NCBI GenBank assembly: GCA_964372635.1
Contig: CAYJQW010000004.1
Span: 840 to 64,839, forward strand
Length of the DNA: 64,000 bases
Source of the DNA: an uncultured Candidatus Saccharibacteria bacterium
Lineage (GTDB): Bacteria > Patescibacteriota > Andersenbacteria > UBA10190
Direction: 5' to 3'
The notes beneath the pieces are model-generated. The model saw only the letters and a program-made list of their open reading frames with translations, did no database searches and was not told the DNA's origin. The position numbers were made by a program, and so were the translations under genes. Position 1 is the stretch's first letter. Every line of letters begins with the position of its first letter. Shown here in pieces: positions 28,290 through 38,532 of this stretch.

Positions 28290-30404
28290 ATGTCTAAAAT
28301 ACTTAAAAAGCACATTTCTGTGCTGATTTTGTATACAGCCCTAGTTCTGTTAATGACATTGCCAGTTGTCTTGAAGCTTACAACGCATGTCGCCGGATCA
28401 GGTGGCGACCCCTGGCAGACTATGTGGAGATTTGAAGATCGTCTGTCAGCGGCACAAGCAGCACGCGATAATTCTCAATTAGGACCATTTATCTTCCGAG
28501 AATTTCTTGGTGGTGGCGAACCGCGTCTAATCAACAATTCAGTTTGGCCATGGATGGGTCTTCATACGACCCTTGGAGAGCCCTTGGCTTATAATGTTGT
28601 TTGGTTGCTGTCTTATATCATGTCTGGATTCACCATGTGGCTGCTGACTAGATGTCTGATTCCGGCAAATAGGACATTTTCAATCCTAAATTTTAAATTG
28701 GCAAATAATGACATTGCAGCCATTATGGCTGGAATATTATATATGTTTGCCCCATATCATACCGCCCATTCCTTTGGTCATTTCGGCGCCATGCAAACTC
28801 AATGGCTGCCGCTGGCTATTCTTCTAACTCTTCTTTTCAAGGAGCGTCAGACATTTATACGTGCGCTTGGTTTAGTTGTCGTGTTGACGATCCAATCATG
28901 GAGTGAGCACCACTATCTGCTCTGGTATGCCCTGTTTGTTAGTCTTTATCTTGCTTGGCATTGGCAATATTTTCGACAGTTGACACTTAAACGCTCTAAA
29001 GTACTCCTTCAAACTTCATTCGTCATACTCTTACTTATATTAGTTCTACTGCCATGGTGGCCAACCGCTCGTCTGGCTTTTTCCGGGCAATCATCGCTTG
29101 TGTTAGGTAGTGATCAGACCATTCGATTTTCAGCTGATCTTTTTTCATATATTATTCCTGCTTCATTTCATCCCATATGGGGAGATGCTGCTAACACTTT
29201 ATTTGCTAAAAAATTTACTGGCAATGTTAGTGAAGCGACGCATTTTCTGGGCTGGGTGCCCCTCCTATTAGTTTTGTTCTTTCATCAGCGTATTCCAAGA
29301 AAGCATAAGATCTTTTGGGGTGTGGCGACATTAATATTCGGAATTATAAGCCTAGGACCACGATTGCATATTATCGGCCATATTTTGCCAATACCGCTCC
29401 CGTGGGCATTAATTGATTCCTGGCCCGTATTTAATGCAGTGCGCGCCGTTGGGCGAGCTAGTGTAATTGTTTTAATAGCCTTTTGTATATTATTCGGATG
29501 GGTGGTAGCGACTCAAATAAAACGACCTATAATATTCATACTGATAGGCACTGTCATTTTGCTTGAATTTCTCTTTATGCCCGTACCTTTGCAGTCAGCT
29601 ATATTGTCCGATGTTTACAAGACTGCAGCCAAACTTCCAGGATCAACCATAATTGAGTTGCCGGCTGCGACCAATTATACAGCAGCGTCGCGTGCGCTCT
29701 ATGCAGAAGGTATCCACCGCAAGTCTGTTATTGGGAATATTGCTCTCGAGCGATCTCTGGGCAACGATATTCTTGAAGAAATTCGCTCAATGCCGGCTCT
29801 GCGGCAACTCTTATATCTCCGGACGACTGATTTACAAGCACGGCGACCTGACTTTTTTAACCAAGAACTTAAAGAATCATTAGCCGATACTTTACGTAAA
29901 CTTGATGTTGGCGGTATTATTATTCATCTAGATTCATTATCGGCCTCGCAGGTTAGAATTACCCGAGACTTTCTTGAGCAAGATATAGGTTTTAGGCCAC
30001 AACCTTTTCAAGATGCCATTTTATATGAAGTACCTCAATCTTTTCGTGACAGTGGTGATGGTATTTTCATCAGTCGCGATAACCAGTGGGTCAATGTTCG
30101 ATCTGACATTGAACGTGGCACAGAGGCTTCGGTCGTACATGAAGCCTCGATTCGGCTTTTTAATACTAAAAACAAAGTAACTACGGTTGATTTGTCATAT
30201 ACTGTTGATTCTTCTTTGTCAGATCCACTTAATATCAGTGTCGGCAATAATGGCGGTAGTGATGTTTATTTAAGAAAGGATAATTCAGGCAGGTATGATT
30301 TTAGTATTGCAATCCCGGCTAACTCAAGAGTCATAATTTCATTTAGAAACAACATGACCCAGCCTGCTACTATTTTTGATCCACGCTTTATTGTGGCCAG
30401 ATAA
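28290..30404 (+). CDS. large polytopic membrane protein with C-terminal extracytoplasmic domain (GT-C-like), function unassigned
   Basis: 704 aa. About 13 TM helices fill the first ~430 aa. A first-loop motif HVAGSGGDPWQTMWRFED is present. The C-terminal ~270 aa are hydrophilic and beta-rich. Confidence 0.45.
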   Translation: MSKILKKHISVLILYTALVLLMTLPVVLKLTTHVAGSGGDPWQTMWRFEDRLSAAQAARDNSQLGPFIFREFLGGGEPRLINNSVWPWMGLHTTLGEPLAYNVVWLLSYIMSGFTMWLLTRCLIPANRTFSILNFKLANNDIAAIMAGILYMFAPYHTAHSFGHFGAMQTQWLPLAILLTLLFKERQTFIRALGLVVVLTIQSWSEHHYLLWYALFVSLYLAWHWQYFRQLTLKRSKVLLQTSFVILLLILVLLPWWPTARLAFSGQSSLVLGSDQTIRFSADLFSYIIPASFHPIWGDAANTLFAKKFTGNVSEATHFLGWVPLLLVLFFHQRIPRKHKIFWGVATLIFGIISLGPRLHIIGHILPIPLPWALIDSWPVFNAVRAVGRASVIVLIAFCILFGWVVATQIKRPIIFILIGTVILLEFLFMPVPLQSAILSDVYKTAAKLPGSTIIELPAATNYTAASRALYAEGIHRKSVIGNIALERSLGNDILEEIRSMPALRQLLYLRTTDLQARRPDFFNQELKESLADTLRKLDVGGIIIHLDSLSASQVRITRDFLEQDIGFRPQPFQDAILYEVPQSFRDSGDGIFISRDNQWVNVRSDIERGTEASVVHEASIRLFNTKNKVTTVDLSYTVDSSLSDPLNISVGNNGGSDVYLRKDNSGRYDFSIAIPANSRVIISFRNNMTQPATIFDPRFIVAR

Positions 30405-30468
30405 TTAAACGCCATTGTTGGACATTTAACCTCTTTCATGTTCAGATGCGGTATTAGCAAATCATGAT

Positions 30469-31626
30469 ATGAAAATACTAATTTTTAACTTTGAATATCC
30501 GCCTCTCGGCGGCGGCGGCGGCGTGGCGACGAAACAATTAGCGGAAGAATTGGCCAAACGTCATGATGTGATGGTTGTCACCAGTAGTCATAAAGGGCTT
30601 GCAACCAGTGAGAATATTGCTGGTGTCGAAATTAGAAGGGTGTCAATTTATCCACGTCATGAACTAGCAACCGCCACACTTCTTTCCATGATCAGCTTTG
30701 TACCGATGGCCTTTTTTGCGGGATTACGAATCATTCGACAGCATCGGCCAGATGTTATCAACGCTCAGTTTGCCATTCCATCAGGATTGCCAGTCGCTTG
30801 GTTGGCGAGACTGTATCATCTTCCTTTTGTCTTAAGCTTTGTGGGTGGCGATTTATATGATCCAACTAAAGGCATTTCCCCACATCGCCATTTTACTTTA
30901 AGAATGCTGGTGCGGCATGTTGCAGCTGCGGCAACTATTTGTACGGCAATATCTAGTGACACTAAAAAACGAGCGAAGGATCTTCACTTGGTGAAAAATA
31001 AGATTATTGTTACACCTTTGGGTTTAATTCCTAAACTAGAAGCTAACTCTTTAAGGACACCCCAGCAATTGTCTTCGCCTCTTCCAGCTTTTGTGTCCAT
31101 TGGACGTCTGATTCATCGCAAGGGGTATGAGCAGCTCTTAGATGCCTGGCAGCAAGTAACAGGTGCTCAGCTCGTTATCGCTGGGCAAGGGCCATTACAT
31201 AAACGACTTCAAGGGCGAGCGCACGAACTAGGTATTTCTGACAGAGTGAATTTTTTAGGATTTGTGTCAGAAATTCAGAAACAGCGCTTACTAGCCGAGA
31301 GTTTTGGTTATGTCTCAGCGGCACGGCATGAAGGCTTCGGTATCGTGTATTTAGAAGCAATGCAGGCTGGTTTGCCGATTGTCTCAACCAATGATGGTGG
31401 CCATAACGATTTTCTGATTAATAATAAAAACGCACTTCTGGTTGCGCCGAACGACACAGCAGGACTAGCTAAGTCTGTAAATTGGCTTCTCAAAAATCCA
31501 GAGCAAGCCAAAGCGATGGGTAATATTAATCGCGTCAAAGTGAAAGATTTTTATATTCAGAAGACCACTGCTCGGTTTGAGGAAGTTCTTGTTCAGGCTA
31601 TCCGTAGTCCCATTCTCGCCCCATGA
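30469..31626 (+). CDS. GT4 family glycosyltransferase
   Basis: ATG at 30469. The N-terminus MKILIFNFEYPPLGGGGGVATKQL is typical of GT4. The EX7E motif is ARHEGFGIVYLEAMQAGLPIVSTNDGG. Confidence 0.85.
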   Translation: MKILIFNFEYPPLGGGGGVATKQLAEELAKRHDVMVVTSSHKGLATSENIAGVEIRRVSIYPRHELATATLLSMISFVPMAFFAGLRIIRQHRPDVINAQFAIPSGLPVAWLARLYHLPFVLSFVGGDLYDPTKGISPHRHFTLRMLVRHVAAAATICTAISSDTKKRAKDLHLVKNKIIVTPLGLIPKLEANSLRTPQQLSSPLPAFVSIGRLIHRKGYEQLLDAWQQVTGAQLVIAGQGPLHKRLQGRAHELGISDRVNFLGFVSEIQKQRLLAESFGYVSAARHEGFGIVYLEAMQAGLPIVSTNDGGHNDFLINNKNALLVAPNDTAGLAKSVNWLLKNPEQAKAMGNINRVKVKDFYIQKTTARFEEVLVQAIRSPILAP

Positions 31627-32714
31627 TCAAAGTCGCGCTTGAAGCTCGTGCCTTGCGGCAGCCTGGGGGAGGAGTGCGCAGCTACGTTGAACATCTTTAT
31701 AAGGGTCTTCAAGTAAACCCAGACATTACCGTTAATGTTTTCAAAGATACAAGATTCAAAAAAATGATTCCCTTCTGGCTTAACTGGTATATTCCTTGGC
31801 AAGTGAAGAAATTGCAGCCTGATGTGGCCCATTTCACTAAGGCGGCCCTACCCAGTCGGTTAGCCTGTCCATCGATTGTGACAATCTATGACATCATTCC
31901 TATTTTGTTTCCTCAGTCGCAAAAGATCCTGGCCAGAATGTATTGGCCGCGAGCCTTACGGCATGCAGCACAAGCGAGCGATCATATTATTACTATTTCG
32001 GAAAGAAGTAAGGCCGACATCATCAAGTATTTAGGTGTCACAGCTCACAAGGTGACCGTTATACCACTCGGGATTGATACATCCTTCTTTAAGCCGGCAT
32101 CTGAAGAAGATATAGCGTTAATCAAAGATCGCTTTCGACTACCTAAAAAATACATCCTTTACGTTGGCACTATTGAGCCACGCAAGAATATCCCCGCATT
32201 AATCAGAAGTCTGGCCCAGATTGCGTCTGACATTCCGCATAAACTTGTCATTGCCGGCAGAAACTATAAGGGATTAGAAAGTATCAAATCTGAAATCAGG
32301 CGTCTTGATCTGTCGGATCGCGTGATATTTCTTAATTTTGTTAAGTCCGAGTATTTGCCGGCACTTTATTCAGGAGCCGAGCTCTTTATGTGGCCGTCTA
32401 TCTATGAAGGGTGGGGATTTCCACCGCAGGAAGCCATGGCTTGCGGCACACCGGTTATCGTCAGCGACGGCGGGTCGCTACCAGAGGTTGTGGGTAATGC
32501 TGGTATTATTCAAAAGTTTACAGTTAATGCGCTAAATGATCGTCTTTGTGACAGTGTCTTTGAAAATATGTTTGCCAGGGAAGTACAACTATTACTTAGC
32601 GACACCGCGCGACGAAAAGATATGAGTGCTCAAGGATTGAAGCACGTTACAAAATTTTCATGGCAGGAAGTTATAGACCGCACGATTGGAGTTTATAAAA
32701 AAATAATTGTTTAA
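31623..32714 (+). CDS. GT4 family glycosyltransferase
   Basis: YEGWGFPPQEAMACGTPVIVSD is the EX7E motif. A 4-bp ATGA overlap with the upstream GT4 indicates translational coupling. Confidence 0.85.
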   Translation: MIKVALEARALRQPGGGVRSYVEHLYKGLQVNPDITVNVFKDTRFKKMIPFWLNWYIPWQVKKLQPDVAHFTKAALPSRLACPSIVTIYDIIPILFPQSQKILARMYWPRALRHAAQASDHIITISERSKADIIKYLGVTAHKVTVIPLGIDTSFFKPASEEDIALIKDRFRLPKKYILYVGTIEPRKNIPALIRSLAQIASDIPHKLVIAGRNYKGLESIKSEIRRLDLSDRVIFLNFVKSEYLPALYSGAELFMWPSIYEGWGFPPQEAMACGTPVIVSDGGSLPEVVGNAGIIQKFTVNALNDRLCDSVFENMFAREVQLLLSDTARRKDMSAQGLKHVTKFSWQEVIDRTIGVYKKIIV

Positions 32715-32728
32715 GTATTTGTTGAACT

Positions 32729-33868
32729 ATGAAAGTGGCTTATCTTAGTAATGCAGACCGTAATACCGGCATTGGACTACGTGTTAGTGAAATTGGCCAC
32801 CGTCTGCAGGCAAATAAGCATATATCCTTGGATCATATTCATTTGAACGGGGAAATGGGCGTAGTTCAGACAGACTCGTCAGTTATAGTTGCGAAAAAGA
32901 CTTGGCCGGGACCGCTGCGGGCTAAGTCAGTAATGTGGGTGCGTCTGGGTAGAGCCATCTTGCCAAGGCTACGTTCATATAATCTTATCCACTTAACCAG
33001 TCAGAATCTTAGTTTTTTGGCCAGAAAAGATATTCCGACAGTTATCACTGTCCATGATTTAATTGAAATCATGGAGCCCCAGGATTGGCGAGCGGCGCTG
33101 CTTAATAATTATCTCTACAGCGGATTAAAGCGGGCCAAACATATAATTGCGGTTTCTCAATATACGAAACAAACAATCACTGAACGATATGGAATCAGTA
33201 AAGAAGACGTTTCTGTGATATATAACGGTGTTGGCCAAGAGTTTTATCATATTAAACATTTTGACCAATCTGTTAGTCGTCAGACCCTACGGCATGAGCT
33301 AAAATTGCCGGACCAGGCCATGGTCGTCTTATATGTTGGTTCTGAACATGCCCGCAAGAACATTTCGACCGCGCTGCAAGCCTTCTTACAGGCAAGCGAA
33401 TCAATCGGAAAAGACAAACTCTGGTTCATTAAAGTTGGCAATCCTGGTTTGGCCGCTGGGCGTGCTCAAACGCTGTCAGAAATCGAACGACTAGGGATTA
33501 AAAGGCAAGTAATCTTACTCAGAGCAGTCTCAGAGCAGCGTCTCAATGAATTGTATAATCTCGCCGACGTGTTAGTTTACCCATCACGTTTTGAAGGCTT
33601 TGGATTACCACCACTGCAGGCGATGGCAGCTGGAACCCCAGTTATTACTTCTAATGTAACCTCATTACCAGAAGTTGTTGGTGGTGCTGCTATTACGCAC
33701 GATCCGGACGATACATCTGCCTTCGCCAAGTCAATTATCGAGGTATTATCAGATAAAGATAAAGCATCAATTTTAAGAAAAAAGGGTCTAGTTAGAGCTC
33801 GCCAATTCTCCTGGGATAGGGCGGCTCAAGAAATTGCTGCCCTATATCACCATTTATCTGGTATTTGA
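32729..33868 (+). CDS. GT4 family glycosyltransferase
   Basis: [22 protein letters not shown]; 379 aa. Confidence 0.8.
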   Translation: MKVAYLSNADRNTGIGLRVSEIGHRLQANKHISLDHIHLNGEMGVVQTDSSVIVAKKTWPGPLRAKSVMWVRLGRAILPRLRSYNLIHLTSQNLSFLARKDIPTVITVHDLIEIMEPQDWRAALLNNYLYSGLKRAKHIIAVSQYTKQTITERYGISKEDVSVIYNGVGQEFYHIKHFDQSVSRQTLRHELKLPDQAMVVLYVGSEHARKNISTALQAFLQASESIGKDKLWFIKVGNPGLAAGRAQTLSEIERLGIKRQVILLRAVSEQRLNELYNLADVLVYPSRFEGFGLPPLQAMAAGTPVITSNVTSLPEVVGGAAITHDPDDTSAFAKSIIEVLSDKDKASILRKKGLVRARQFSWDRAAQEIAALYHHLSGI

Positions 33869-33941
33869 TAATAATTTACAGTTTTTACATTAAACGAAAG
33901 ATTATTGACATTCAACTAATCGTCATGCAACTGTCAACGCA

Positions 33942-35186
33942 ATGAGGATTTTATTTTTATCGTCTCTGTATCCGCCAGTGACCAAGGGTGGTGGAGAGAT
34001 TTCGACACATCTTATTGCGCAGGGTTTAATCATGCAAGGGCATGATGTTTTAGTTGCAACAGAGGGTAAAATGCATGAAAAAAAGATCATCAACGGTGTG
34101 CCCGTTGAGAATTTTGCTGTTCCGTTGACAGCTAAGCCTCTTTTTGAGAGAGCTCACGCTCGTCGCGTTGCGGCGAATTTAGAAAAGGCAATAAATTGGA
34201 AATCGTTTGATATAATACATGCCCACGACTTACGTACAGCTCAGATTATTTCTGAGTTAATTGCGGATGGCATAATTCAAGCAAAGCGATCATTAGTGAC
34301 TGCCCGAGACTATGGACAAATCTGCGGCTCACCCAACAATTTGATGTTTAACGGCACAACATGTCCTGGTTGCGAGCAGCTTCGTAGCGTTATTCGTAAC
34401 CAAGCAGTTGTTGAGGCACCGCTTTATCGTAAACCGTTTCGAATTTGGCAATACTGGCACAATATTGACTACAGGTTAAGCTCCTTTAGATCTTTTCCCC
34501 GGCAGATTTTTATTTCGAGCGCACAACGAACGGAAATTTCCCGTCGTCAAGATTTATCAAAGACTCAAACTCATATTATCTATAATCCAGTTCCGCCGTC
34601 ATACCTAAATACCCCGCTACAACAAGGAGATCAAAAAATATTATTATACGCGGGAAATCTTAACTCTTATAAAGGCACAGATATTCTCCTTGAGGCTTTT
34701 AAGGAGATCGCTCATGATGATAAAGAAATTCAGTTAATTATGGTTGGTGATGGATCTAGCCGCTATCGATATGATCAATATGTTGCTCAAAACGGTTTGA
34801 ACGGGCAAGTCAGATTATATGGACATGTGGCATGGGCCGATATGATGGCCTTGTATGATTCCGCCCGTATTGTTGTCGCCCCGCATGTTTGGGTGGAGCC
34901 TTTCGGCCGGACTGTAGCTGAGGCCATGGCACGGGGAAAATTGGTTATTACTTCCCGTAGCGGCGGACCGGCCGAAATGATTATCGACAACGAGCGAGGT
35001 TTTCTCGTTAAGCCTAATCACGTTAAAGACTTAACATCTAAAATTCGCTTGGCGCTTGATTTGCCTCAAAATAGAGCGGTTACCATTGGTCAAGCAGCTC
35101 AGACCTGGGCAGCTGGCCATCTTTCGGTATATAAGATCACGCATCAACATAAAAACGTTTATCAAGAAATGCTAACTAAGTTATAA
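33942..35186 (+). CDS. GT4 family glycosyltransferase
   Basis: N-terminus MRILFLSSLYPPVTKGGGE; VEPFGRTVAEAMARGKLVITSRSGGPAEMI; 414 aa. Confidence 0.8.
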   Translation: MRILFLSSLYPPVTKGGGEISTHLIAQGLIMQGHDVLVATEGKMHEKKIINGVPVENFAVPLTAKPLFERAHARRVAANLEKAINWKSFDIIHAHDLRTAQIISELIADGIIQAKRSLVTARDYGQICGSPNNLMFNGTTCPGCEQLRSVIRNQAVVEAPLYRKPFRIWQYWHNIDYRLSSFRSFPRQIFISSAQRTEISRRQDLSKTQTHIIYNPVPPSYLNTPLQQGDQKILLYAGNLNSYKGTDILLEAFKEIAHDDKEIQLIMVGDGSSRYRYDQYVAQNGLNGQVRLYGHVAWADMMALYDSARIVVAPHVWVEPFGRTVAEAMARGKLVITSRSGGPAEMIIDNERGFLVKPNHVKDLTSKIRLALDLPQNRAVTIGQAAQTWAAGHLSVYKITHQHKNVYQEMLTKL

Positions 35187-35231
35187 AAAACCGCGCTCTA
35201 GATACGCGGTATGCCGGTACGTTAGTTTTTT
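35185..35231. terminator. intrinsic terminator-like hairpin between convergent genes
   Basis: aaaaaACCGCGctctagataCGCGGTatgccggtacgttagtttttt: a 6-bp GC stem with 9-nt loop, an A-run upstream and a T-run downstream. It could act bidirectionally for the + GT4 gene and the - 125-aa ORF. Confidence 0.45.
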
Positions 35232-35247
35232 AAATCTCGATTGACAA

Positions 35248-35625
35248 TTAATCCAAGTTCAATCGATCGAGCCACGATTTTGCGGATAGAGAAAAAAAGA
35301 TATTGTGAACCAAATATCCGAGCAATTTTTTAGCTGATAGCGGAGGAGGATCATTTCTAGAAAACGAGTATTCAATTCTAACTCTTTCCGCATGCCCAAT
35401 CGGGAATTCTGCGAACAATTTCTTGGCAGCCAACCAGCCTTCATTTTGAATATCAGGATCGTCCGTTAAAGTGGACCGGCCGATATTTTCAATGTCGGTA
35501 CAAAGCTGATCACAGTCATAGTCGAGTCCTTGACGTCGCATTTCGTCAACCACTGATAATGCTAATTGACACAATTCACCGACAATGTTAAGCAATCTTT
35601 TTTCAGCAGAAGATGAATTTAGCAT
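35248..35625 (-). CDS. hypothetical acidic cytoplasmic protein
   Basis: 125-aa ORF immediately downstream of, and co-oriented with, the GT9 gene. It has no TM helices and I recognise no motif. Confidence 0.4.
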   Translation of the reverse strand: MLNSSSAEKRLLNIVGELCQLALSVVDEMRRQGLDYDCDQLCTDIENIGRSTLTDDPDIQNEGWLAAKKLFAEFPIGHAERVRIEYSFSRNDPPPLSAKKLLGYLVHNIFFSLSAKSWLDRLNLD

Positions 35626-35684
35626 TAGACTAGCCTCCCTAATTTTCTAAAGGACAAATCAAGTATCGGACAACTAGAATCTTG

Positions 35685-36746
35685 TTATAGTGTTTTAGAG
35701 ATTATGTCAAGTACTTGGCTTGCCGACAGGCTCAGTAAAGTTTCGTGTGTTGTAGGGCCAAGATCAAAATTATTTTCTGTGTCGTAAACCGGGTTCGTGC
35801 CGGACGCTCGTATAATGTGGCTGTCTTTGCCACGCGGACCAGTCTTTCTTTCATCGGTTGGACCGAATAGACCGTAGGTTTTTACACCGACTGCCGCCGC
35901 CAAATGCATCAGACCTGAATCATTAGATAGAAATAGTCTGCAGCGTTGCATCAGGCTGGCCGTGGCTAAAAGGTCAGCTGAAACAACAGTAGAATTAACG
36001 CCCAGAGCAGTTTTTGCTGTCCGTTTCAACCCGTTTTCGTGAAGTCCGCCGAACAACAGAATGTGAGCGTTATTCTTGGTAATTAAACTTTGTCCCACCT
36101 CAATAAACCGTTGAATCGGCCAGCGTTTAAATAACATGTTAGCTGCACAGCCCATATGAAACCCAATAACCATTTTATCAGAAGGGATTGCAAACGTTTT
36201 ATAGAGATGGTCTGCTTGTTGTCGTTTAGTTTCAGGGATAATTATTTCATACCGTAATGGATATTTTTGATGCTGTATTCTATAGTCAAGTAAAGACAAT
36301 AAGTTAAGATTTTGTTCAACATCATGTAATTTTGCCTGCTCATTTATCGCCTGTGTGAACAAAAATTTACTGTGGCTATTCCCGCGCCATGGATAGGTGT
36401 GCCCCAGACGTTGTCTAATGCCAGCTAAGAACATGTAGGCTGCACTTTTCCAGCGCTGCCCCGGCGATAATACAATACCTGTGTCAAAACGTTGTCGAAG
36501 TAATTTCCAGCACAATTGAATATGATCCAACCAGGATTGCTTCAGTGATGCCTCGATCACCTGATCTACCCATGGATTAGCCTCAGCTATAACCTTTGTA
36601 CCGCGAGGGGCTACCCACAATGTGATGTGACTCTCAGGGAATGCGCGCCGAATCTGATTAATTGCCGGCGACTGCATGAGCAAGTTTCCAATTCCAGACA
36701 GAGCAATGATAAGGATTTTATGTGGTGTTTTTAGTTTGCTTGACAT
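35685..36746 (-). CDS. GT9 family glycosyltransferase (ADP-heptose:LPS heptosyltransferase-like, RfaF/WaaC family)
   Basis: ATG verified at 36746 (MSSKLKTPHKILIIALSGIGNLLMQSPAINQIRRAFPESHITLWV), the typical GT9 N-terminus. FLSNDSGLMHLAAAVGVKTYGLFGPTD matches the conserved GT9 C-terminal motif. The track start at 36839 is probably too long. Confidence 0.8.
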   Translation of the reverse strand: MSSKLKTPHKILIIALSGIGNLLMQSPAINQIRRAFPESHITLWVAPRGTKVIAEANPWVDQVIEASLKQSWLDHIQLCWKLLRQRFDTGIVLSPGQRWKSAAYMFLAGIRQRLGHTYPWRGNSHSKFLFTQAINEQAKLHDVEQNLNLLSLLDYRIQHQKYPLRYEIIIPETKRQQADHLYKTFAIPSDKMVIGFHMGCAANMLFKRWPIQRFIEVGQSLITKNNAHILLFGGLHENGLKRTAKTALGVNSTVVSADLLATASLMQRCRLFLSNDSGLMHLAAAVGVKTYGLFGPTDERKTGPRGKDSHIIRASGTNPVYDTENNFDLGPTTHETLLSLSASQVLDIISKTL

Positions 36747-36851
36747 AAAGATAATATTAAGTGACTGTATAAGTATCAATATTGTACCTTCATAAACGAA
36801 TACCAACACTTTTTTAAATTGCATTGTGCCTGATAGCACAAGGAGGCGACA

Positions 36852-37256
36852 ATGAATCTGGAACTGAAAGCAGTGCTTGTGTCCAATGCGCCTGAGGGTA
36901 TTGCGGCAGTGTTTGCAAGGGAAGGGTTCAGCATCATGTCAATAAATCGATGTGATTGGAACCAGCACTTAGTTGCGCTTACCTTGGCCGACGTAGTGGT
37001 GATTGACGAAATTGGTGGTGTCGCAAATACGGATGACACTACTGATATCGAAGATTGGCTTTGCCAATTCTCACAAGAATGGCAAGGTCCTATGATCGTC
37101 ATACTTGAACAAGACAACGACCAACACTTCGAGAAGCGCCCAATACGACCGAGATCGTCGATTGTTCATCACCAATCGGCACCTCTCTCCCCGCTGGTTG
37201 AGGAATTAAAAGGAGCCTGCCAGGGACGTCACGCCAAATTTTCCGCTTTGAGGTAA
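36852..37256 (+). CDS. hypothetical protein, possibly a degenerate CheY-like receiver domain
   Basis: Strong Shine-Dalgarno AAGGAGG 5 nt upstream of the ATG at 36852. KAVLV...ADVVVIDE...PMIVIL has the alternating beta-alpha pattern of a receiver fold but lacks the canonical DD pair. It is divergent from the GT9 gene. Confidence 0.35.
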   Translation: MNLELKAVLVSNAPEGIAAVFAREGFSIMSINRCDWNQHLVALTLADVVVIDEIGGVANTDDTTDIEDWLCQFSQEWQGPMIVILEQDNDQHFEKRPIRPRSSIVHHQSAPLSPLVEELKGACQGRHAKFSALR

Positions 37257-37261
37257 GTTTA

Positions 37262-38419
37262 TTAGTTTTGCCTCAACTGACCCAGCTCTAAGTAAAGCTC
37301 GGTCAGTTTTTTTATTGTTTTATCCCAGGAGAAGTTGTGCATTACATAGCTTTGACCATAATTACCAAGCTGACGCCGCTGGTTTGCATTAGTTAGCAGA
37401 GTGTGCAGAGCCGCCAGCAACTCATCCTTAGTCTGAAAGAGGAGACCAGCCCTTTTATCAGGTACAACGTATGGTATGGCTGAGGCATTACGGGCAACCA
37501 CAGGTGTGCCGCAGGCTAAACTTTCAGCCAGGACAATACCAAAGGCTTCAAAGTGAGAGGTATGAAGTAATAACTTGGCATGCTGATAAGCACCAATTAA
37601 CTCGTTGTTAGACAGCCTCCCGAGAAAATGCACGTGTTGTCCTAGATCAAGGTGTTTGACCAGTTGTATAAGGCTGTTCTTGCCACCGAAATCCTCACCG
37701 ACAATTACGAGACACGCGTCGGGCACTGTTTTTCGTAAGTCTGGCAAAATCTCAATAGCCTCGGCGACTTTCTTGGCTTTACTAATGCGGCCAACTGTCA
37801 GTATGACCTGGCCCTTGATCCCACGTTTCAGATATGGATTGTCTTGTTTACTGACGAACTTATCAACATCAATGCCAGGTGGTAGAAGCTCAAATCTTTT
37901 TACCGGCAGTCCTGCGTTTTCAATCAACTGCTGCTCAAACGGTGAGATGACTGCCACCACCGCAGCCTGGGCAAAAGTAAACCGTCCCACAGTTTTTTGA
38001 TAAAGCTTCCAAAACATTTTACGCCGATTTCCATGGTCGTAGTAATAAGGATTAAAGATTAAAGGTATATTATGCTTAGCTGCATAACGCGCTGCTACGT
38101 CCGCTGGTTGATACCAAAAGCTGTGGCTATGAATAATATCAGGCATATGATGCCCTAGGTAGTAGTTTAGCGCTTGTAACCTTGGATATGACACTAATGG
38201 TGTTCTGGCAAAGTGCAGACGCTGAAGATATATCGGATCATCAAGCAAAAGATTCGGAGCAAGCTCAGTGATCGGTCCATGTGTGCGCATTTTACTGGCC
38301 AGAACTCGAACGTCCCGCTTATTCTCGATGCTACGAGTCTTCTCAACAATTTCTTGTACGTAGTGCTCAACGCCTCCAGTGGCCGGAGGATAACGCAAAC
38401 AAATGTGGATTATTCGCAT
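37262..38419 (-). CDS. GT4 family glycosyltransferase
   Basis: ATG verified at 38419 (MRIIHICLRYPPATGGVEHYVQEI). HTSHFEAFGIVLAESLACGTPVVARN is the EX7E motif. Confidence 0.8.
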   Translation of the reverse strand: MRIIHICLRYPPATGGVEHYVQEIVEKTRSIENKRDVRVLASKMRTHGPITELAPNLLLDDPIYLQRLHFARTPLVSYPRLQALNYYLGHHMPDIIHSHSFWYQPADVAARYAAKHNIPLIFNPYYYDHGNRRKMFWKLYQKTVGRFTFAQAAVVAVISPFEQQLIENAGLPVKRFELLPPGIDVDKFVSKQDNPYLKRGIKGQVILTVGRISKAKKVAEAIEILPDLRKTVPDACLVIVGEDFGGKNSLIQLVKHLDLGQHVHFLGRLSNNELIGAYQHAKLLLHTSHFEAFGIVLAESLACGTPVVARNASAIPYVVPDKRAGLLFQTKDELLAALHTLLTNANQRRQLGNYGQSYVMHNFSWDKTIKKLTELYLELGQLRQN

Positions 38420-38532
38420 AGCACTGACAAACGATTTAATTCCAGCCCACAATTTATTCCAACGACAAACCTAATCGCTAAATATTCTGACATACTTGTT
38501 TTTAAATTCTTAATCATCGTACATAAAAATAA

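Noticed and set aside
30505-30525. GGCGGCGGCGGCGGCG trinucleotide repeat
   Set aside because: It encodes the GGGGG loop of the GT4 N-terminal motif (YPPLGGGGGVATKQL). It is a coding-constrained Gly run, not a regulatory SSR, though it could be slippage-prone.
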